A stretch of 64,000 nucleotides of DNA. Origin: Arenicellales bacterium (GTDB taxonomy: Bacteria > Pseudomonadota > Gammaproteobacteria > Arenicellales > JAHEKD01). The number at the start of each line of letters is the position of its first letter. Position 1 is the first letter of the stretch. Below, piece by piece: positions 28,573 to 41,276 of this stretch. The stretch covers positions 270,762 through 334,761 of the forward strand of contig JANQSD010000019.1 of the NCBI GenBank assembly GCA_028284225.1. The letters run 5' to 3'. The translations under genes and the position numbers were made by a program. The notes below the pieces were generated by a model, which had not been told where the DNA came from, ran no database searches, and saw only the letters and a program-made list of their open reading frames with translations.

Positions 28573-30231
28573 ATGGAACGATTTTGGTTGAATTCATACC
28601 CAGAAGGGGTAGTGCACGATATCGATTACGGAGACTACACATCTGTTTTCGATTTTTTCAAAAATACTTGTCAACGATTTCCAAACAATCCTGGTTATTC
28701 GAATTTTGGCAAGACGCTAACCTTTGCTGAAGTCGATCAGCTCAGTCAGCAATTTGCAGCTTATTTGCAAAATGATCTAGGTATGAAAAAGGGTCAGCGT
28801 CTAGGCATTATGTTGCCCAATGTCTTGCAATATCCTATTGCACTTTATGGCGCTATGCGTGCCGGAATTGTCATCGTTAATATCGATCCGCTCTACACCG
28901 TGCGTGAATTAACCCATCAACTGAACGACTCCGGTGCTGATGCTATCCTATTTTTAGAAAATTTTGGCGATACGGTACAGAAAACCTTACCCAATACAAA
29001 AGTAAAACATGTTATTTCAACCAAACTTGGTGATTGCCTTGATTTCCCTAAATCAGCGCTCATCAATTTCGTTCTAAAACATGTAAAGAAAGTTGTTCCC
29101 AAGTTTAATATTCCCCAGGCTGTTCGCTTTACTGATGCATTAAAGATTGGAAAACAATCAAAATGTACTGATGCAAAACTCAGCTTCGACGATATTTTAT
29201 TTTTACAATATACCGGTGGTACTACAGGCGTTTCCAAAGGGGCAGTATTAACGCATGGCAACATCGTTGCCAATGTGCTTCAGGCCAATGCCTGGATAAG
29301 CAGCGATTTTGTACATGGCAAGGATAAAGCCATTATGGCGTTGCCTGCCTATCATATTTTTTGTATGACCGCGAATATGCTGACCATGATGAGTATGGGG
29401 ATTGAAAATATCATGATAACAAACCCTCGTGATTTTGAGGGCTTTGTCAAAATTCTGCAGAAAACGGACTTTAATATTATCCTGGGTGTAAATACTTTAT
29501 TTAGAAAGTTGCTCAATACTCCTGGTTTTGACCAAATTAAATTTAAAGATATGAAACTCAGTTTCGCCGGTGGTATGGCTGTTACAAAGGATGTTGCTCA
29601 GGAATGGGAAGCAGCAACGGGTACAGTGGTTGTCGAGGCCTACGGATTGACTGAAACCTCTCCGGCAGCTTGTATCAATCCTCTCGATATCAGTGAATTT
29701 ACAGGTAGTATCGGTCTGCCGATTTCATCAACATTTGTGCAGATAAAAGACGATGATGGAAAAAATGTCGGCATAAATGCCGAAGGTGAGTTGTGCGTAA
29801 AAGGGCCACAGGTGACACAGGGATACTGGAACCGGCCTGATGCAAATAAAGACTCTTTTACTGCCGATGGCTATTTTCGCACAGGTGATTTCGCCACAAT
29901 CGATGAAAAAGGCTACGTGCGAATTCTAGACCGCAAGAAAAATATGATTCTGGTTTCCGGCTTTAATGTCTTTCCTAATGAAGTTGAAGATGTGGTTTGC
30001 CAGCACCCGGACATTGTCGAAGCTGCGGCCATCGGTATTGCTGATAAAAATGCCGGTGAGGTGGTCAAATTATTTGTCGTTAAATCCAATGATGCCTTAA
30101 CTGAAGACGATGTGAAAGCCTATTGCAAAGAGCAGTTAACCGGCTATAAGCGTCCAAAGGTCGTGGAATTTATTGATGAAATTCCCAAGACAAACGTTGG
30201 CAAGATCTCACATAAGGATTTACGTGATTGA
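28573..30231 (+). CDS. fadD: Long-chain-fatty-acid--CoA ligase
   Basis: 552 aa. 'FWLNSYPEGV' N-terminus, 'YTGGTTGVSKGAVLTH', 'GYGLTE'-type 'AYGLTETSP'. Confidence 0.9.
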   Translation: MERFWLNSYPEGVVHDIDYGDYTSVFDFFKNTCQRFPNNPGYSNFGKTLTFAEVDQLSQQFAAYLQNDLGMKKGQRLGIMLPNVLQYPIALYGAMRAGIVIVNIDPLYTVRELTHQLNDSGADAILFLENFGDTVQKTLPNTKVKHVISTKLGDCLDFPKSALINFVLKHVKKVVPKFNIPQAVRFTDALKIGKQSKCTDAKLSFDDILFLQYTGGTTGVSKGAVLTHGNIVANVLQANAWISSDFVHGKDKAIMALPAYHIFCMTANMLTMMSMGIENIMITNPRDFEGFVKILQKTDFNIILGVNTLFRKLLNTPGFDQIKFKDMKLSFAGGMAVTKDVAQEWEAATGTVVVEAYGLTETSPAACINPLDISEFTGSIGLPISSTFVQIKDDDGKNVGINAEGELCVKGPQVTQGYWNRPDANKDSFTADGYFRTGDFATIDEKGYVRILDRKKNMILVSGFNVFPNEVEDVVCQHPDIVEAAAIGIADKNAGEVVKLFVVKSNDALTEDDVKAYCKEQLTGYKRPKVVEFIDEIPKTNVGKISHKDLRD

Positions 30232-30242
30232 GGCTGATTACC

Positions 30243-30400
30243 GTCATTCCGAGCTTGCCGAGGAATCTCTTTGTGAGGGTGACCCTGCATTGATAGAAGT
30301 GGATTTTGTTAAGACCCAAACAGCTATTAAGAGATTCTCACGTCGCTATGCTCCTCAGAATGACAGTCAATGGTCATTCCAGAGCTGTCGAGGAATCTCC
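30243..30400. repeat. Three family-A REP-like units
   Basis: 30243-30269 'GTCATTCCGAGCTTGCCGAGGAATCTC' (forward), 30331-30364 (reverse), 30373-30400 'GTCATTCCAGAGCTGTCGAGGAATCTCC' (forward). Confidence 0.8.
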
Positions 30401-30446
30401 TCAAACTGGTTATTAACTCAAAATGATAATCCGAATTTATAATTAA

Positions 30447-32495
<2,049 letters not shown>

Positions 32496-32549
32496 TTTAA
32501 TGTATCAGTTTATATTTAATTTATAACCTATTGAAATATTGAGGAAATA

Positions 32550-34910
32550 ATGAAGCGAAATATTCGAAAAGTCGCTGTTTTGGGTGCCGGTGTAATGGGT
32601 GCGCAAATTGCAGCACACCTGGCAAATTCAAATGTAGATACAGTCTTGTTTGATCTGCCCGCAAAGGAGGGTGACAAGTCTGGTATTGCCAAAGGTGCAA
32701 TAGCGAAAATGGCAAAACTTAAGCCGGCTCCATTCGCCACATCAGGTTTAGCGTCACGAATCAAACCGGCAAATTATGATGAGCATCTGGAGGAACTTCG
32801 CAGTTGTGATTTATTGATCGAAGCGATTTCCGAGCGTATGGATTGGAAAAAAGACTTGTACGATAAGATCGAACCCTATGTTGCTGATCATGCCATTTTG
32901 GCCACTAATACTTCCGGCTTGGGAATCAATGAATTAGCAACGGTTTTGAATGAAAGACTTCGTGAACGATTCTTATGTTTACACTTTTTTAATCCGCCGC
33001 GTTATATGCATTTAGTTGAGGTGATTCCCTGCAATCAAACCAAGCCCGAAGTGTTAGAAGTTCTGGAACCCTTTTTCGTCAGTACCCTGGGTAAAGGTTT
33101 AGTGGTTGGTAAAGATACACCCAACTTCATTGGTAACCGCATCGGTATTTTCAGCCTGCTTGCAACCATGCATCACGCCGATGAGTTAGGTATTCCGCTG
33201 GAGGTGGTAGACCAGATTACCGGTAAGCCGCTAGGCCGTCCTAAGTCCGGCACTTATCGAACAATGGATGTGGTCGGCCTGGACACTATGAAGCACGCCA
33301 TTAATACCATGGATGTGAATCTAAAGGATGATCCCTGGAGTCAGTATTACCAAACACCGGCTTACATTGCGAACATGGTTGAGCAAGGCGTGCTTGGCCA
33401 AAAAACAGGCAAAGGTATTTATGCCGAGAAAGGTAAACTTGTATTTAGTCCGGCTACAGGCGATTATGTTGCTGCCGACAATAAGTTCGACAAAGACATT
33501 GCCGCCATGCTCAGTGGCCCTAATTGGGCAGAAAATTTTCTGGCACTGAAACAATCTGATCACCCACAGGCACAATTCATCTATCGCTCGTTGCGGGATT
33601 TGTTTCACTATTGTTTAGTGACACTGGAAGAAATCGCTAACTGCGCGCGTGATGTCGATTTAGCAATCCGTTGGGGATTCGGTTGGGCTATGGGACCGTT
33701 TGAAATCATTCAGGCAACAGGTGTAAGGAATGTTGTTAACATGCTTAATGAAGAGCGCACGGCAGGAAATCTAATGGCTGATGTGGAATTACCTGCTTGG
33801 GTTAATGACATCGACGATATTCATAATGCAGAAGGTTCTTACTCGCCTTCTGAGACGGCCTATATTCCACTCTCTTCATCACCTGTTTACGGGCGACAAG
33901 CGCTTAGAGAAAATGTTGTTGGCTCGATATCCAATAAACCTCTGGGCGAGACAGTCTTTGAAACTGACGCAATACGTATGTGGCATCAAGGTGATGATGT
34001 CGGCATTCTAAGCTTCAAAACCAAAATGCATACGATAGGAATGGGCGTGATCGAAGGTATTCTTCAAGCTACAGAAGAAGCAGAGAATAACTTCTCCTCA
34101 TTGGTTGTTTGGCACCCGAGTGCGCCATTTAGTTTCGGTGCTGATTTAAAAGAAGCCATGGGTTTTCATCAGGCAGGTGAATTCGACAAAATTGGTCTGA
34201 TGATCAGTCAATTCCAGCAAGCTACCATGGCTTTGAAGCATTGCTATGTGCCCACTGTTGCTGCTGTACAAGGTATGGCACTAGGTGGCGGCTGCGAAGT
34301 TCAGATGCACTGTGATGTGACTGTTGCCGCACAAGAATCCTATATCGGATTGGTTGAAGCCGGAATAGGTCTGTTACCAGCTGCCAGCGGCTCTAAAGAG
34401 ATGGCAACCCGGGCAGTCGGATTAGCTAAGGGCGGTGATTTGATGCCTCACATACAACGTGCTTTTCAGGCGTTGGCAATGGCAAAAGTATCAGCCAGCG
34501 GTCTTGATGCGATCAAATTGGGTTTGATGACTGATCAAGATGTCGTAATTGGTAATGCTCATGAATTATTACATGTGGCAAAAGCCCAAGCTAAGGCATT
34601 GGCGGCAGCAGGCTATCGACCAGTGTCCAGAAGTCAGAAGGTTAAAGTGGCAGGTAAACCCGGCAAGGCAACGCTGATGATGATGGCCGTTAATATGTTG
34701 GAAGGCAATTTTATATCTGAGCATGATTACTTAGTTGCTGATCGAATCGCCACGGTGCTGACCGGTGGTGATGTAGAAGAAGGCAGTTATGTCACCAATG
34801 AGTGGTTATTGAAACTTGAAGTCGATGCGTTTGTTGAACTATTGCAAACCGAGAAAACCCAGGCGCGTATTGCGCATACCTTGACTACAGGAAAACCATT
34901 AAGGAATTAA
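32550..34910 (+). CDS. Fused 3-hydroxyacyl-CoA dehydrogenase (N-terminal) / enoyl-CoA hydratase (C-terminal), FadN-like order
   Basis: 786 aa. 'VAVLGAGVMGAQIA' Rossmann at the N-terminus. Crotonase-like 'GMALGGGCEVQMHCD' in the C-terminal third. Confidence 0.85.
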   Translation: MKRNIRKVAVLGAGVMGAQIAAHLANSNVDTVLFDLPAKEGDKSGIAKGAIAKMAKLKPAPFATSGLASRIKPANYDEHLEELRSCDLLIEAISERMDWKKDLYDKIEPYVADHAILATNTSGLGINELATVLNERLRERFLCLHFFNPPRYMHLVEVIPCNQTKPEVLEVLEPFFVSTLGKGLVVGKDTPNFIGNRIGIFSLLATMHHADELGIPLEVVDQITGKPLGRPKSGTYRTMDVVGLDTMKHAINTMDVNLKDDPWSQYYQTPAYIANMVEQGVLGQKTGKGIYAEKGKLVFSPATGDYVAADNKFDKDIAAMLSGPNWAENFLALKQSDHPQAQFIYRSLRDLFHYCLVTLEEIANCARDVDLAIRWGFGWAMGPFEIIQATGVRNVVNMLNEERTAGNLMADVELPAWVNDIDDIHNAEGSYSPSETAYIPLSSSPVYGRQALRENVVGSISNKPLGETVFETDAIRMWHQGDDVGILSFKTKMHTIGMGVIEGILQATEEAENNFSSLVVWHPSAPFSFGADLKEAMGFHQAGEFDKIGLMISQFQQATMALKHCYVPTVAAVQGMALGGGCEVQMHCDVTVAAQESYIGLVEAGIGLLPAASGSKEMATRAVGLAKGGDLMPHIQRAFQALAMAKVSASGLDAIKLGLMTDQDVVIGNAHELLHVAKAQAKALAAAGYRPVSRSQKVKVAGKPGKATLMMMAVNMLEGNFISEHDYLVADRIATVLTGGDVEEGSYVTNEWLLKLEVDAFVELLQTEKTQARIAHTLTTGKPLRN

Positions 34911-34918
34911 TACTTTTT

Positions 34919-34959
34919 GTCATTCCGAGGGAATGAGAGACGAATGAGTCGAGGAATCT
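34919..34959. repeat. Family-A REP-like unit (long-loop variant)
   Basis: GTCATTCCGAGGGAATGAGAGACGAATGAGTCGAGGAATCT. Confidence 0.7.
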
Positions 34960-35006
34960 TTCAAACTTAACGGAATGATAACAAAACGAATAAATGAGGA
35001 TTAAAC

Positions 35007-36197
35007 ATGACTAATCAAATACAAGATGCCTATATCGTCAAAGCAGTACGCACGCCGGTCGCCAAGTACAAAGGTGCCTTCAAACATGTGCGCCCGGATG
35101 ACATGTTGGCGCATGTGCTTAAAGGTGTGGTGGCTGACCATCCCGAAATTGCTAATGATGTCGAAGATGTTGTCGTTGGCTGCGCGATGCCGGAAGCTGA
35201 GCAAGGTATGAACGTTGCCCGAATTGGTGTGCTGTTGGCTGGATTTCCGGATAATGTGCCTGCTGTCACAATCAATCGCTTTTGTTCATCCGGTTCGCAA
35301 GCCGTTGCAATGGCCGCAGATAAAATTCGGCTAGGTGAAGCTGATGTGATGATTGCTGCAGGTACGGAGTCAATGACGATGGTACCCATGATGGGCAACA
35401 AGATTTCATTGAACCCCAATGTTTTCGCTGATGATAATGTAGCCATTGCCTATGGTATGGGCATCACTGCTGAAAAAGTAGCCGAGCGCTGGAATATTAA
35501 TCGCGAAGATCAGGATGCGTTCGCAGCTGAATCACATAACCGTGCAATCACAGCAACTCAGAACAGCTGGTTCACCGATGAAATTCTACCTTATGAAATT
35601 GTAACCTCTCATCCTTCTGCAGACGGACTGGGTGTTGAAACTAAATCCCGAACCATGACTGACGACGAAGGTCCACGGCCGGGTTCAACGCCTGAAGTAC
35701 TGGCTAAACTTAGAACAGTGTTTAAAGCCAGAGGCTCTGTGACAGCCGGAAATTCCTCACAAATGTCAGACGGTGCCGGTGCGGTATTACTGGTAAGTGA
35801 AGCTGCATTGAAGAAATATAACCTGGAACCTATTGGGCGTTTTGTGACGTCAGCCGTCGCCGGTGTTGAACCCGAAGTCATGGGCATCGGTCCCAAAGAA
35901 GCCATCCCTATGTGCTTGAAGCGCGCCGGTATGACCCAGGATCAATTAGACTGGATCGAACTCAACGAAGCCTTTGCTGCACAAGCCCTGGCAGTCTGCA
36001 ACGAACTCGACCTGGACAAATCCAAAGTTAATCCCAACGGCGGTGCCATCGCACTCGGCCATCCGCTTGGTGCAACCGGTGCGATTAGAACAGCCACACT
36101 CATGAACGGCCTCAAACGCACCGGCGGCAAATACGGCATGGTCACCATGTGTATTGGTACGGGTATGGGCTTTGCCATGATTGTGGAAGCGATTTAG
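35007..36197 (+). CDS. fadA: Acetyl-CoA C-acyltransferase (3-ketoacyl-CoA thiolase)
   Basis: 396 aa. 'INRFCSSGSQAV' (active Cys), 'NEAFAAQ', 'NPNGGAIALGHPLGATG', 'CIGTGMG'. Confidence 0.9.
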   Translation: MTNQIQDAYIVKAVRTPVAKYKGAFKHVRPDDMLAHVLKGVVADHPEIANDVEDVVVGCAMPEAEQGMNVARIGVLLAGFPDNVPAVTINRFCSSGSQAVAMAADKIRLGEADVMIAAGTESMTMVPMMGNKISLNPNVFADDNVAIAYGMGITAEKVAERWNINREDQDAFAAESHNRAITATQNSWFTDEILPYEIVTSHPSADGLGVETKSRTMTDDEGPRPGSTPEVLAKLRTVFKARGSVTAGNSSQMSDGAGAVLLVSEAALKKYNLEPIGRFVTSAVAGVEPEVMGIGPKEAIPMCLKRAGMTQDQLDWIELNEAFAAQALAVCNELDLDKSKVNPNGGAIALGHPLGATGAIRTATLMNGLKRTGGKYGMVTMCIGTGMGFAMIVEAI

Positions 36198-36222
36198 AAG
36201 ACCCCCTCACGGGAAATTGTTT

Positions 36223-36266
36223 GAAACGCAGGGTTCCTCCCCTATCAGGGGAGGACAGGTGGGGTA
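36223..36266. repeat. Family-C dispersed repeat (GAAACGCAGGGTTCCTCCCCTATCAGGGGAGGACAGGTGGGGTA)
   Basis: A near-identical copy lies in inverse orientation at 44936-44978, and a partial copy at 36344-36362. Confidence 0.8.
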
Positions 36267-36470
36267 ATTTTTAATGCCAGTTTCGTTTCCCGGTAAAAGA
36301 GATCAGGGCTAGTCTGAGTTGCTGAACTTTGAATCATTGCCGATGGGGAGGACAGGTGGGGTTCTTAATTATTTTTTGTATGTCTTAAGTGTCTCTTTAA
36401 AATCTCAAAAAAGTAGGTGCAGTTACTAACTTCATGTAAGCTCTTGTTTGTTGTTCCTTAAAATAAATCC

Positions 36471-36755
36471 ATGAGCAGTAATCGAAACAGCTGGATGGTT
36501 TACATCCTACGTTGCGCAGATGGAACGCTATACACAGGCATAACCACTGACATTAATCGCCGGATTAATGAACACAACAATGATAATTTCAAATCAGCCC
36601 GTTATACAAAATCTCGGCGACCGGTTGAGTTGGTGTTTCAAGAGTCATTCGAGAGCAGAGCCCTGGCTAGCCAGAGGGAATATGAAATAAAGCAATTGAA
36701 TAGAACCCAGAAAATTGATCTGATTAATCAAAGTAATAAGGATAATTCCGTTTAA
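36471..36755 (+). CDS. GIY-YIG nuclease-family small protein (UPF0213-like)
   Basis: 94 aa. 'WMVYILRCADGTLYTGITTDINRRINEHN' is the GIY-YIG signature. Confidence 0.8.
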   Translation: MSSNRNSWMVYILRCADGTLYTGITTDINRRINEHNNDNFKSARYTKSRRPVELVFQESFESRALASQREYEIKQLNRTQKIDLINQSNKDNSV

Positions 36756-36862
36756 AATTATAAGAGATATGTTTATTTGCCTTCTACAGTAAACTCAGTA
36801 CACTTCAGATTAGATTGGTTTTGAGCCTTTATTGCATAGGGTAATTATCGGTAATACATAAT

Positions 36863-37987
36863 ATGAAACTAGAAGAATTTGCGCTTGAGCGTACGCTGTC
36901 TCTTTATGAAAACTTGGTTGAGTATGATATTTCTCCTAGCGGTGTTCATCATTACACCATTGATGAGCTATTGACTGAGGATGAACAACAGGAATTATTA
37001 AAGCAAGAGTTAGGCTATGGTTGGACGAATGGGTCAGTTGAACTGCGTGAAACTATTGCCGCGCTTTATAAGGATAGAGACGCGGATAATGTAGTCGTTA
37101 GCAGCGGTTCGGCTGAGGCGAATTTACTGGTAGTTCTGTCCTTTTTGGAGCCGGGGGATGAAATCATTGTTGTAGTACCTAATTTCCTGCAAATCTGGGG
37201 ATTGGCGCGAGGATTAGGTATTACAGTAAAAGAGTTATGGCTAAAGGAAGATTTAGGTTGGCAACCGGATTTTTCCGAGCTTTCTGAGTTGGTGACACCA
37301 AAAACAAAAATGATTTCCATCTGTCACCCTAATAATCCTACTGGTCAATATTTGTCGCTTGAGGATATGCAAAGATTGGCCCGGTTCTGCCGTGACCATG
37401 AGATTTGGTTGCATGCTGACGAAATCTATCGGGGATCGGAAATTACGGTAGAGGAGCCGCCGAGTTTTGCAGATTTGTATGAGAAAGCTATTGTTTCAAG
37501 CGGCACTTCAAAGGCCATGGGTTTGCCAGGGCTGCGAGTCGGCTGGTTGGTTGGGCCAAAAGATGAGATTTACGTTGCCTGGCAACGTAAGGACTATGCT
37601 TCCACAGTGCCCAGCACGCCAATGCAATTTATTGCCGATATAGCGTTGAAACCTGCGCGTCGCCAGCAAATTCTTGAACGGGGTCGGGCAAGATTGCGTT
37701 CAAATTTGAGTATTGTCAGCAATTGGGTTGAATCCTATTCTGATCACATTTCTTTTCTGCCGCCACAGGCAGGTGCAATGGCATTTTTTCGCTATCATTA
37801 CGACATCAATTCAACAGAGTTAATGCATCGGTTACGCAAAGAACAGAATATCTTGGTGTTGGCTGGAGATGTATATGGATTGGATCATTTTATTCGCATC
37901 GGCATTTGTATTCCAGAAGAGCATTTACGAATAGGATTAGAACGAATGGATAGACTATTTGAAAGTTTAAATTCTACATATAAATAA
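36863..37987 (+). CDS. PLP-dependent aminotransferase, class I/II
   Basis: 374 aa. 'NPNNPTG', 'SSGTSKAMGLPGLRVGW' (PLP-Lys motif). Confidence 0.85.
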   Translation: MKLEEFALERTLSLYENLVEYDISPSGVHHYTIDELLTEDEQQELLKQELGYGWTNGSVELRETIAALYKDRDADNVVVSSGSAEANLLVVLSFLEPGDEIIVVVPNFLQIWGLARGLGITVKELWLKEDLGWQPDFSELSELVTPKTKMISICHPNNPTGQYLSLEDMQRLARFCRDHEIWLHADEIYRGSEITVEEPPSFADLYEKAIVSSGTSKAMGLPGLRVGWLVGPKDEIYVAWQRKDYASTVPSTPMQFIADIALKPARRQQILERGRARLRSNLSIVSNWVESYSDHISFLPPQAGAMAFFRYHYDINSTELMHRLRKEQNILVLAGDVYGLDHFIRIGICIPEEHLRIGLERMDRLFESLNSTYK

Positions 37988-38156
37988 TCGATTCTGTTTG
38001 CTTGCTGGATTTATGCTGGAATTTATATTCTGGCATAAATCACATTCATCAATGAACTAAGTCCATACTCTCGATCTGACTTCCGCTAGTTATTCTTCCG
38101 GATGAAAATATGTTCTAATAGCATAGTTCTAAACATTGATAGAGGAGAGTTATAGC

Positions 38157-38972
38157 ATGTGCGATGCTTGCGTTATTGATTCAGTAAAACGTCGAATCTT
38201 GTCACGGAGGGATTTTTTCAAAACGTCAGCTGCAGGGATGGCAGCAAGTGCACTACCGGCGACCATTCCAATAGTGTCGGCGGATCAACCCTCGTCTTAT
38301 CAAGATCTGACACACACCCTTAGTGAAACGTTTCCGACTTTTTCCGGGCAACCGCAGTTTTCCAGGGAGCAAGTGTTCAATTTTGCCGAGAATGGTTTCA
38401 ATCTTTATCAACTAACACTGAGTGAGCATGTGGGAACGCACATGGATGCGCCCATTCATTTTTCAGAAGCGGCTAACACTGTGGATCAAATTCCGGTAGA
38501 AGATTTGGTGACGCCTTTATGTGTGATCGATATTGCTGCCAAAGCAGAAGAAAATGCTGACGCCCAGGTTGTCCCCGAAGATATTCAACAGTGGATTAGC
38601 AGTAATGGAGAGATACCTGACAAAGCCTGTGTCGCCATGCATAGCGGTTGGGAAAAACATTTGGGCACTGATAAGTTTCGTAATGCGGACGAGGAAGGTG
38701 TGATGCATTTTCCAGGGTTTCATGTTGAGGCAGTGAATATGTTGTTGGAAAACACCAGTGCAATTGGGCTGGCAGTAGATACATTATCGCTGGATTACGG
38801 GCAATCCGCAGATTTCGCTACACACTATGCCTGGTTGCCACAGCAACGCTGGGGTTTGGAAAACGTAGCAAGTCTAGGAAACCTCCCAGCGAGTGGCGCC
38901 ACCATGATCGTCGGTGCTCCAAAGTTCCTAGGTGGTACAGGTGGGCAGTGTCGGGTGTTTGCTGTTGCTTAA
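38157..38972 (+). CDS. Cyclase-family protein (kynurenine-formamidase-like) with Tat signal
   Basis: ATG at 38157 preceded by AGAGGAGAG. Twin-arginine motif 'SRRDFFKTSAAGMAASAL'. 'HVGTHMDAPIHF' is the cyclase motif. Confidence 0.8.
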   Translation: MCDACVIDSVKRRILSRRDFFKTSAAGMAASALPATIPIVSADQPSSYQDLTHTLSETFPTFSGQPQFSREQVFNFAENGFNLYQLTLSEHVGTHMDAPIHFSEAANTVDQIPVEDLVTPLCVIDIAAKAEENADAQVVPEDIQQWISSNGEIPDKACVAMHSGWEKHLGTDKFRNADEEGVMHFPGFHVEAVNMLLENTSAIGLAVDTLSLDYGQSADFATHYAWLPQQRWGLENVASLGNLPASGATMIVGAPKFLGGTGGQCRVFAVA

Positions 38973-39012
38973 ACTATCTTCATAGTTAAGTTAATAGTAA
39001 CAATAATCCGCC

Positions 39013-39117
39013 GTCATCCTGACGACTATAAGGAGGAAGGATCTCTTAAAGATCAGGATATTGCCTAAGTGTTTTGCTTGTCTAATGGAGATTCTTCGGC
39101 TATCGCCTCACAATGAC
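39013..39117. repeat. Two family-A REP-like units in opposite orientation
   Basis: 39013-39045 'GTCATCCTGACGACTATAAGGAGGAAGGATCTC' and 39088-39117 'GAGATTCTTCGGCTATCGCCTCACAATGAC'. Confidence 0.7.
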
Positions 39118-39169
39118 TGCCTGTTTGTCAGGCACGTGCTATTTTTTTCGGGTAGTAACTAGTGGTGCT

Positions 39170-39499
39170 TTAGCGGTTCAACGAAGCAAATGGATTTTGG
39201 TAAAGCTGGTCATGTGATTCAACGCCATCTTCGATGACACAATCGGTTTTGGGGTGCGCCACACAAAGTAATATATAACCGGCTTGAGATTGTCTTCGGT
39301 TAATCGCAGTAGCACCAGGTTGACGCACTTTCCCGGAAATTAGTTTGGCTGCACAGGTAATACAACCGCCGTATTCACAACCGATAGGGAGTTGGATGCC
39401 GGCTCTGAGTGCGGCATTATAAATAGGTTCATCCTCACCAACGTCTATAGTCGCACCACTATTTTTAAGCTCAACTTTGAAAGTACGGCTTGAGCTCAT
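39170..39499 (-). CDS. Plant-type [2Fe-2S] ferredoxin
   Basis: 109 aa. 'GCEYGGCITCAAKLISG ... ILLCVAHP' gives the C-x4-C-x2-C...C ligand pattern. Confidence 0.85.
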   Translation of the reverse strand: MSSSRTFKVELKNSGATIDVGEDEPIYNAALRAGIQLPIGCEYGGCITCAAKLISGKVRQPGATAINRRQSQAGYILLCVAHPKTDCVIEDGVESHDQLYQNPFASLNR

Positions 39500-39508
39500 T
39501 TTATAAAG

Positions 39509-39958
39509 CTATATGGTTTGACCAAGTTTCGGTTTCCAGAATGGGCGAAACAACTCGATTTTGGGGCAACGATTCATCACCACACGCAATCCTGCATCTT
39601 CAGCTAGTTTGGCAGCTTCTTCGTTATATACCCCAATTTGTGACCACAAAACTTTGGCACCGATGTCGATGGCCTCTTGAGCAATGCCTGGTAAAGCTTC
39701 AGAAGCCCGGAAAACGTCAACCATGTCCACCGGTTGGTCGATTTCAGCTAAACTTGGATAAACCTTTAGTCCGCGGATTTGCTTGCCTGCATGTCTGGGG
39801 TTTACTGGAATCATGTTATAGCCTTGTTCGTGTAACACGCGCAGCACACCATAGCTGAATTTTGTAGGATCGGGACTGGCACCAACCATGGCAATCGTTT
39901 TTACTTCAGATAATATACTGGCCAGGTATTCGGCCGGGTAATCTTGTTGATGATCCAT
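39509..39958 (-). CDS. CoA-binding domain protein (YccU/YneT-like)
   Basis: Start moved to the ATG at 39958, because the longer ORF would overlap the upstream gene. 'IAMVGASPDPTKFSYGVLRVLHEQGYNMIPVNP' is the CoA-binding Rossmann motif. Confidence 0.75.
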   Translation of the reverse strand: MDHQQDYPAEYLASILSEVKTIAMVGASPDPTKFSYGVLRVLHEQGYNMIPVNPRHAGKQIRGLKVYPSLAEIDQPVDMVDVFRASEALPGIAQEAIDIGAKVLWSQIGVYNEEAAKLAEDAGLRVVMNRCPKIELFRPFWKPKLGQTI

Positions 39959-39971
39959 TAATAGATACTCA

Positions 39972-41276
39972 CTATAGCCAGATGTCAGACGTACAATCCC
40001 CACCCGGATAGCGGGTTTCGTGGCAGCGGGAAGGCCCGTTTGGCTCTTTGCCGAAATCAACAATAAAATCCTTATTAATGCTCATACCGCCTTTTTCGGT
40101 ATCACAATCAACCATTAACATTACGCCGCCTTTATGGCGGATATCTGGATAAAACTGATTGTCCCAGGTCGAAAATAATGATGTTGTGACATAGAGTCGT
40201 TTGCCGTCCAGGCTTAACTGGATCATTTGTGGTCCACCAGCGATTTCTACGCCATTGACGATAGGCGCTTTCTTTAATGAACCGCCCATCCAAACCTGAC
40301 CTGTTAGCACCGGGTCATGGGGATTGCTGATGTCATATTGGCGAATATCGCCATGCAGCCAATTACAAAAATACAAAAACCGATCATCCATTGAAATGAG
40401 AATAACAGTAATCATGCCCGGTAACGGGATAGGCCACTCGGGATGTTTTTCATTTTCGACATCGATGATTTTTTCAACAATCCACTCTTGGTCCTTTTTA
40501 TACCAGTGAATAACATTGGATGATAATGCAGCACCGACAAAACCATGGCTTGAATCCGGATTATGCTGAAAGCGCACTTCCAAAGGGACCAGACCGTCTT
40601 CACCTAAATAGACTGTATTTTCAACTTTCTTTTTTTCAAAATCCCAAAAATGCAATTCACGGCCGTATTTCAATAAACCGACTTCCTCTAAGTCAAATCC
40701 GGGCATGAAGGTGTTAGGTGCAGCCCATTCGCTTGACACCATCACGTTATGACGTGGTTGGTACCAGAAATCGTAGTTGAATTTCATGCTGCCCAGGTCG
40801 TTCTCCCAACGGCCAACGATTTCAAAATCCTTATTCAGATGGAGAAAGCCGCCGGGCGCGTTTCCCTTGGCATCACCCAGCATCGATATAATAATTTCGC
40901 TGCCCAGGCAATGAACAGTATGCGGCGCTGAAAGATCTGTTTTTTGCTTGATTTCATCGCCCGAGATCACTTTGTAGATTTTCGGATTCTTTGGGTCAAT
41001 GCCACAATCAACAATATGCAGGTTAGAACTTCTAACTCCTGGCACAATTAAGTAACGTCGTTCCATGGAAGCATCGTCATGACATGACGAGCAGGCGTTC
41101 CAGCCCATATGGTGTAGTTCATCGCCAATTCCAGGCATTTCGCAGCGGCTGATCACTTGTGAGTAGGTTGGGCTGTCCGGGTCAGCATCAATGGTGGCCA
41201 GGTAATCGGGTTTCTGAATGCCAGTGCCGACATAAATTGCTATGGTGTAAAGCAGTTTCTCCCTGGGCGCTTGCAT
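39972..41276 (-). CDS. Selenium-binding protein (SBP56) / methanethiol-oxidase family protein, no signal peptide. The true start is probably upstream (see findings).
   Basis: 434 aa from the first ATG. Collinear with human SELENBP1 as I remember it ('PREKLLY', 'DELHHMGWNACSSC', 'FWYQPRHNVM', 'GGPQMIQLSLDGKRLYVTTSL', 'RYPGGDCTSDIWL'). Confidence 0.9.
   Translation of the reverse strand: MQAPREKLLYTIAIYVGTGIQKPDYLATIDADPDSPTYSQVISRCEMPGIGDELHHMGWNACSSCHDDASMERRYLIVPGVRSSNLHIVDCGIDPKNPKIYKVISGDEIKQKTDLSAPHTVHCLGSEIIISMLGDAKGNAPGGFLHLNKDFEIVGRWENDLGSMKFNYDFWYQPRHNVMVSSEWAAPNTFMPGFDLEEVGLLKYGRELHFWDFEKKKVENTVYLGEDGLVPLEVRFQHNPDSSHGFVGAALSSNVIHWYKKDQEWIVEKIIDVENEKHPEWPIPLPGMITVILISMDDRFLYFCNWLHGDIRQYDISNPHDPVLTGQVWMGGSLKKAPIVNGVEIAGGPQMIQLSLDGKRLYVTTSLFSTWDNQFYPDIRHKGGVMLMVDCDTEKGGMSINKDFIVDFGKEPNGPSRCHETRYPGGDCTSDIWL

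Noticed and set aside
39972-40063. Longer 184-aa version of the CoA-binding ORF, overlapping the SBP56 3' end by 92 nt.
   Set aside because: The conserved CoA-binding domain begins after Met36. The ATG at 39958 gives a 13-nt intergenic gap, typical of the operon.
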